Source: the human T2T-CHM13v2.0 reference genome, Homo sapiens. Taken from it: a DNA stretch of 64,000 nt. Location of the stretch: the NCBI RefSeq assembly GCF_009914755.1, contig NC_060945.1; one strand, 5' to 3'. Of the stretch, positions 56,307 to 64,000 are shown piece after piece; the first letter of the stretch is position 1, and each line of letters starts with the position of its first letter. The position numbers and the translations under genes are program-made. The notes under the pieces are model-generated. The model saw only the letters and a list, made by a program, of their open reading frames with translations, did not search any database and was not told the origin of the DNA.

Positions 56307-56947
56307 TTCTTCCTGTTCTTTAAATGGGCCAGGTTTCTCCTTGCCTCAGGGTCATTGTACTTAGTGTTTCCTCTTCCTATAATTCAGTTGCTCTAGTTCC
56401 TCACATCGCAGGTTCATTGCCTTTCAGGTTTCAGTTCATATGTCACCTCCCCAAAGTGGCATTCCCTGACCAGCTAGTGTAAAGTGGTCCCCTCTGCCCA
56501 CCTCTTTCCCTTTACCTTGGTAGCACTTATCACCATGTAAAATAATCTGGTTTGTTCTCTTGTTAGTTCTGCTTGCACTAAAATATAAGCTCTGTGGTGC
56601 TAGGAACTGTGTCTTTTTCATAGATATAACCCCAATTTCCAGATAGATGCCCAGCCCCCCACTCCCCCCTGCCCCATAATTGGTTTTTGAATGAATGAGA
56701 ATGAATGACTGGATTAGTCTGCACTGCTGCTGGGTCTCACCTCCAGCCCAAGGGGCAGCAGGTGAGAGATGAGCAGCCTGAGGCCAGGCTTTGTGGATGA
56801 ACTGGGCTCCTAAAGGAATCTGTAGGTGCCAACACTGCAGGGAATGAGGTGGGACAAGAGGAGCCTGGCCTCATCCCTTCATCCTGTAACACACACAAAG
56901 TAGTTTCAGAATTGTTACATTCACCTCCACTACAAACAACAAATTTA

Positions 56948-57257
56948 GGCCCAGTGCAGTGGCTCATGCCTGTAATCTCAGCACTTTGGGAGGTCGAGGC
57001 AGGAGGATCACTTGAGCCCAGGAGTTTGAGACCTGCCTGGGCAACATAGTGAGACCCCGTCTCTACTTTAAAAAAAAAATTATCCAGGTATGGTGGCACA
57101 TGCCTGTAGTCTCAGCTACTCAGAGGATGGGGTGGGAGGATCACTTGAGCTGAGGATTCAAGCCTGCATTGCGCTATGATTGTGCCACTGTACTCCAGCC
57201 TGGGCAACAGAGTGAGACCCTGTCTCAAACAAACAAACAAATAAAAAAAAAAAAAAG
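56948..57257 (+). mobile_element. Alu (AluJ-like)
   Basis: Full dimer with an A tail. Confidence 0.88.
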
Positions 57258-57271
57258 AACCTAGTAAGTAG

Positions 57272-57721
57272 TGTAAACCAAAAAGTATCTGAGACAAGAG
57301 GTCTCAATCATTTTAGGAGTTTATTTTGCTAAAGTTAAGGACATGCCGGGAGGAAATAAGCACAGAATCACAGAAACTGTGCTTTTCTCCAACGATGATT
57401 TTGATGGCTTCAGTATTTAAAGGGAACAGGTAGGCTGGAGGGCAAAGAGGGAGGATATGGTAATCCATATATTGCCAGAGAAAAGGAGCAGGCAGGGGAA
57501 TAGTCAGTTAGGTAATAGTAAATCAGTAAAGTGCTCAGTAAGTCGGCACTTTACATAAGATAAAATGGAACATAAAGTAGCCTGTAGAGGTGTTTGACCT
57601 TTTATTTGTAGCTCCCTGCTTAGGAACAAAGGGACTCAGCTTTCAGGGACTCAGCTTTCAGCTTACTTTTCTACCTTTTGCATAGTGAATTGAAGTCCTG
57701 CGTTTTTATTTTCCTTTCACA
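57272..57721 (-). mobile_element. MER4-group ERV1 solo LTR
   Basis: TG...CA termini, minus strand begins tgtgaaaggaaaataaaa, perfect 4-bp TSD gtag. Internal 15-bp tandem duplication agggactcagctttc. Confidence 0.82.
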
Positions 57722-58163
57722 GTAGATTTCAAGATTACTTTGTAGTTCCTTTTGTTTTTAAACAGAGGACATATAAAGTACTATGTGAAGTTACTTGGAC
57801 TAGGCTTTTTTTTCTACCTCTTACGTGGATATGTTAGTTATTTATAATATGATTAGGTTTATTTTCATTTTTATTTAATTTAGATATGCCTCCTCATCTT
57901 TGTGGACTTAATTTTATTATTTAAATACATAACAGATTAAAAAGGTTCTAAAAACCGAAACTAACAAAAAGGTGTGCTCAGACAAGGTCACTCCCTCTTC
58001 TATCCCTTTACCCTGTTTCCACCCATTGTATTAGTTTCCTGTTATCCTTCATTTATTTTTGTTGGAAAAAAGCAGGTACATAATGTATATAACGTGTATG
58101 TATTCATATTTAAATTACTTCCTTTCCTCCTTACATTAAGGTAACCTGCTATAAATGCTCTCT

Positions 58164-58775
<612 letters not shown>

Positions 58776-59269
58776 TAACTACCATATTTCCATAAATTTC
58801 TTAGAATTTTCATTACCAGGGATTCCCCACAGTTATGTTTATTGAGAAAAGCGTTTTTTGAGTATCACGACATTTTCAACTAAATGTTGGGATTGTCGTA
58901 TGTGGTTTAAAGTCAAGTCCCTAGAACCTCATGGTTAAGTTTCTTCTCCTCACCCATGAAAACACTTCTGTAGGACACCTTTAGAGTCTAATTAAGCCAT
59001 TACCTAAAGTCTTCTCCCCTAACCTACTCATTATCCCACACTGGATATTCCTGTTTCTCACCAGAGACCATACTGGGCAGTGGTGTGGGGAACAGGGAGT
59101 GGGCACCTGCCTGACTGATTGATTGGTTTTAGTGTGCATGTTGATGTTGATTTTTATTAATGGGAACTCTTCCCCACCAAACCGTTTTAAATAGTTGCGT
59201 ATCTTTTAAAAAACTACTTAGCAAAAGAAGGAAGTTCACCATTTCATTTTATTTACTTAGTTTCCTTTA

Positions 59270-61520
59270 TAAAACCTGAAAGGTAGTACAAAAATAAAGC
59301 AACCAGAAGCCAGTTTCATTTATGAGCATAGATCCAAAAAAGTCAAAATCTTAGCAAATAGAATTTCACAATGTATGAAAAGAATACACAATGACCAACT
59401 TTATGCCAGAGGTGCAAGATTGGTTCAGAGTCGAAAAATTCTATCAACATTAGTCATTATTTCAGCAGATAAAAGGAAGAAGAAAACTTGTGATCGGATT
59501 GGTAATTACAGATTAGGCACCCGATGAAAAATACAGTAACCATTTCTAATAAGTAGAAAGGAAACTACTTAAATATGTGAGACTACTATCCATGAAAAGA
59601 GTCAAACTCTGTAAAATATTTGAAAAGGTTTATTCCAAGCCGAATATGAGTCACCAATGGCCTGTGACACAGCCCTCAGGAGATCCTGAGACCATTTGCC
59701 CAAGGTGGTTGGTATATAACATGGTTTTATACATTTTAGGGAGACATAAGACATCAATCAATATATGTAAAATGTACACTATTTCGGTCTGGAACAATGG
59801 GACAACTGGAAGCAGAGGCTTCCAGGTCATACGTGGATTCAAGAGTTTTTAATTGGCATTTCATTGAAAGAGTTATTATCCAAAGAGCTGGAATCAATAG
59901 AAGGGAATGTGTGGGTTATCATAAGTGGTTTTGGAGAACAAAGTTTTGTCATGCGGGTGAAGCCTCCCGGTAGTAGACTTCAGAGAAAATAGATGGTAAA
60001 TATTTCTTATCAGACTTTAAGAGCCTCCTTTATCAGTCTTAAGGCCTGTGTTGATGCTAATGCTGGTCAGCTGGGCCTGAATTCCAAAAGGGAGGAGGGT
60101 ATAATGAGGCATGTCTGACTTCCTCTTCCCATCTTGGCTTGAACTAGTTTTTCAGGTTAATTTTGAAATGCCCTTGGCTGAGATGAGGGGTCCATTCAGA
60201 TGGTGGGGGGCTCAAAATTTTGTTTTCAGTTTACATTACTTTCCAGAAATCACTACCAACTGTCATTCTAAACAATGAACTCTATTAAACTATTAGCTCT
60301 AGTAAATCTACTGTTTCATTTAAACTCAGAACTGAGCAAGAACGCATTCAGTAATGTCTTAGAAGGCAGTAAGACCAATAAAAAAGATTGGCCTAAATAT
60401 TGGAAAAGAAAGATAATGCTCATTTTTTTCTAGTTATGTGATTGTATACTTAGTACACCCAAGAGATTTTAGTTTTAAAACATTAATAAGAACTTGTAGG
60501 AGTCTGGTAGGATAGCTAAATACAGCCTAAATAATTTTTTAAAATAAAAAATGTTCTCTGTGCTTGAAATAAGCACCTAAAAATGGAAATGGGGGGAATG
60601 TTTCATCTAAAATCTGGCAAAAATGATAAAATTCTTCAGAATACATTTAGCAAGAAAAGCATATTATATGAAAAAAGTGATACAATTTTATTAAAGGAAA
60701 TAGTATATTTGAACAACCGGAAAGATTGTCTTTTCTTTGGTTGGGTAAACTATTGGTGCAAAAGCAATTGTGGTTTAATCAATTCTCCAAAAATCCCCTT
60801 CTAAGGCAGTTTTTGGATCCCAGTAGGGTTGTTTGTATAACAGATAAAATAATCTAAATGTTCATAGGAAAATAGACACCCATGAATAACCAAGGGGGAA
60901 AAAAAACCTTCCCAGACCTTCCCGGATCACAATATACCAGAGAGCCAGTGTGATCAAATCATTGTAATATTGACCTGGAAATTGTTCAGTCAGAACAGAT
61001 AGTCCAGAAATAGTTCTCACTTCATATGAACATTTGATACATGATAAAAATGTATATTAGTTCAGTGAGAAGAAGAGGGATTGATTAATAAATATTACTG
61101 GGAAAGCTAGGAATCCATGTAGAAGAAATGTGATTGGACCCTGGAATAACTCCCCCACCCCTACCCATAATTATTGGTTTAAGGATTGAAATGAAATAAA
61201 ATAATACAATGTTAGAAAATCAAGGACTAACAACCTTCTAATCATATGATAAAAGAAATATTTTATATACAAAAATTTAGAATTTTTATGCCGTACATAT
61301 ACATAAATCAACAAATAATGAATTTTTAAAAGTCTTTCAGCAGTCAGCAGATAAACAGTTAATTTGTGATACACTATGAGCTCTTATAAACTAACAACAA
61401 AAAGACATGCAATATATAGAAAATTTGGCAAAGGATTTGAATAAGCAGTTCATAGAAGTGCAAATCCAAATGGCCACGAAATACAGAAAAATGATGCTCA
61501 GGTTCACAAGTAGTGAGAAG
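59270..61520 (+). mobile_element. Degenerate L1 ORF2/3' fragment hosting an LTR
   Basis: L1 motifs such as atcttagcaaatagaatt, gtgcaagattggttca, agtccagaaatag and ggcaaaggatttgaataagcagttca. Confidence 0.7.
59587..60235 (-). mobile_element. MER4-group ERV1 solo LTR
   Basis: Minus strand begins tgtaaactgaaaacaaaattttgagccccccaccatctgaatggacccc. Imperfect TSD ctac/ttac. Confidence 0.78.
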
Positions 61521-62038
61521 AATTCAGATTCTGAATTCTTTGCTGAAGGGCCCATGACTACAGGAGAATGGGGAACTCCTATCTGAGGCAAAAAGGTTTC
61601 TGCAACCACAGAGCTTTGTTTCCTGCGTTATGATCCTTATTTTCTAAAATGTGCCAACTTTTACAATCTTGATCACTTTTAGAGATTTTTTTATCTTTGT
61701 CTTATGCCATACTTTTTATTGTGTTACATGTTTTCTTTCTTTGAGTTAATTCCAGCTATGCAGAATTGTTTTCTGTGTAACTTAATTTTCTTTTGTGAAC
61801 ACTGTCCGGATATGGCTCAGTCTAAAAGATCATGGTATTTTAATTGAACTGTCTTATTTAGATCTTTCAAATACATTTTTCATAATATTGGTTTAAAAAA
61901 ATCCTCATGCTTTTAATATCTGGATTAAAAGAAATAAAATCTGAATAAAACTTTTTTATGCAGAAGAGGTTAAGTCATGAATATGCACAGTTTTGATGAT
62001 ATAATGTAGTTTCCAGTTACAAGGACAAACTTTTGCTT

Positions 62039-62070
62039 ACTTGATCTTAGCCAAAAGGCCGAGAAGCGAT
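62039..62070 (-). pseudogene. 3'-truncated, tailless U2 snRNA retrocopy (U2 nt 1-32)
   Basis: Minus strand reads ATCGCTTCTCGGCCTTTTGGCTAAGATCAAGT, the U2 snRNA 5' end. Flanked by the direct repeat cttttgcttact (62030-62041 and 62073-62084). Confidence 0.92.
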
Positions 62071-62823
62071 TCCTTTTGCTTACTCTTCTTTGAGAAAATA
62101 CTTTACATTAAAGCTCATTACAGTTTGCACTTGGACCGTGTATATTTGAGTACCATTTTCAAATAGCAGACACATTTTGTAAGCTAACTTACAAAATTGT
62201 TGAGTGATATGGGGCATGATTCTAAAGAAAAGTTAGTTTCAAGAGCTTTAGAGGTTTAGTAGCATTATAGTTGAGTAACCCTAGCATAGCATAAGTAGGT
62301 AGCATAGCATACTGTGTCATGTTCCCACATTGAGGTTTGTAGAGCTCTACAAAGAATGCAATCTAAGTATCTCTAGCAATATTAACATTCCGCTTCTAAA
62401 TCTTTTTCTTTTCTAATAGCTTTATTGTGAAAGAATTCACATAATAAAATTTACTCGTTTAAAGTATCTAATTCATTGGTTTTAGTTTATTCACAGAGTT
62501 GTGCGACAGTCACTATTAGCTAATTTTAGAATGTTTTCATCACTTCAGAAAGAAACCCCTTTTGATGTCTAAAGTACAAATCCTCACACTGAGGCTGAAA
62601 ATTACCTGCTAAAGTGGCAGAGTGAAAGATATTTTATGTTTATATAAAACTTGGCCAGTATTTACAGGCTATTCCCCATAGTTTGGTAAACAGTTATGTT
62701 TTCTGTTGTTGTCTCTAGGGGTAAGAGTGCTAATTATTTTGTTTTCGTGTTGGTGGGAGTGGTGGTTTTGGAAAGGTTCTTTTATGGTCACAGTTGTTCT
62801 CAGGCCATGCTGTTGGTTTGCAG

Positions 62824-62984
62824 GGCACTAGCTGACATGAATAATGATGGAAGAATGGATCAAGTGGAGTTTTCCATAGCTATGAAACTTATCAAACTGA
62901 AGCTACAAGGATATCAGCTACCCTCTGCACTTCCCCCTGTCATGAAACAGCAACCAGTTGCTATTTCTAGCGCACCAGCATTTG
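62824..62984 (+). CDS. ITSN1: Intersectin-1 coding exon (161 nt): (W)[53 protein letters not shown](G)
   Basis: tttgcAG acceptor, G|gtaagt donor. EF-hand loop [12 protein letters not shown] at 62834-62869. Lies within ORF 62696..63031. Confidence 0.97.
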
Positions 62985-63487
62985 GTAAGTCTGAAAATGA
63001 ATTGGTTTCTGTATTTTCTTGTATATTTTAAAAATAAATGTTTTCCTTTTTTTCCCTCTCGGTTTATAACATTATGAAATTCTAGGAGGTAATTCTGTCT
63101 GAAAAATGATGGCCCCCTGCAGGAAGATAGTGCTGGGGAGAAGAAGGAGCATGTTCACATTTGAACCCTGGGATGTAAAGTAATCAAAATGAAAGCAGAG
63201 ATGCAGGCCGCCAGTCAGGGGAAAAGGAAGAAACTTACAGTCCGCTGCTGCAGCTTCTGGGTTTTTTTTTTTTTTTCTCTTCCATTATCCTTCAGGTTGT
63301 TGCATACTTCCTTTTGATTTTCGGTTTCCATAATGTCTGTTTCTCCTTGTGCATAAACAATTCCTTTGGATTATGGCATCTAGAAATATATATATTTTGA
63401 ATCACAGTACTGAGTCACTTGGCCACATTAAATTCTTTCTTAGAACAAAATGGAATAGAGAAAAAATAAACATTGTTATCCTGATTA

Positions 63488-63785
<298 letters not shown>

Positions 63786-64000
63786 TGATTCCATAAAAAA
63801 TTATCTTTCAACCAGGTATTTTTCTTATAAGCTAATTGATTAATTAGTTGACTGAGATCAGTAGTTCTGATTTCTGTTCTCATTCTAGACTTTAGGTTAA
63901 TTTGAAGATCACAGTAATAAAATCTAACATCTGATTCATGGGGAGGTTCTTTAACAGTTTAAAACAAAACATGAAAATTGTGGCTAGAGTTTCTTTTCAT

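Noticed and set aside
62696-63031. 111-aa ORF as a stand-alone gene
   Set aside because: Only 62824-62984 is the ITSN1 exon. The flanks are intronic read-through beyond canonical splice sites.

Overview
This is primate, most likely human, genomic DNA from inside the + strand gene ITSN1 (intersectin-1). The window covers about 46.5 kb of the distal part of a long 5' intron, then four exons: 46575-46634 (32 nt of 5'UTR plus the ATG at 46607), 48956-49048, 50366-50429 and 62824-62984. These splice in frame at GT-AG sites and encode the N-terminal 115 aa ([29 protein letters not shown]...ISSAPAF), which spans the first EH domain and its EF-hand. The rest is intron, dense with repeats: about 60 Alus (many nested or inverted), old L1/L2/MIR fragments, MER4-, MER31- and MLT1-type LTRs, and MER2 and MER5 DNA transposons. 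Only one ORF in the supplied track overlaps real coding sequence in frame (62696..63031). I found no convincing new gene system. The most notable oddities are: (1) a 127-bp near-perfect inverted duplication of non-Alu sequence pasted into an Alu, with a second short insert in the same Alu; (2) a tailless U2 snRNA retrocopy (nt 1-32) lying antisense in the pre-mRNA about 750 nt upstream of a weak acceptor; (3) an AG|GTATGT recursive-splice-site or micro-exon candidate in the long intron; (4) Alu geometry favouring circRNAs that contain the start codon; and (5) a twin-primed, 5'-inverted L1. Repeat subfamily names and boundaries were assigned by eye and are approximate.
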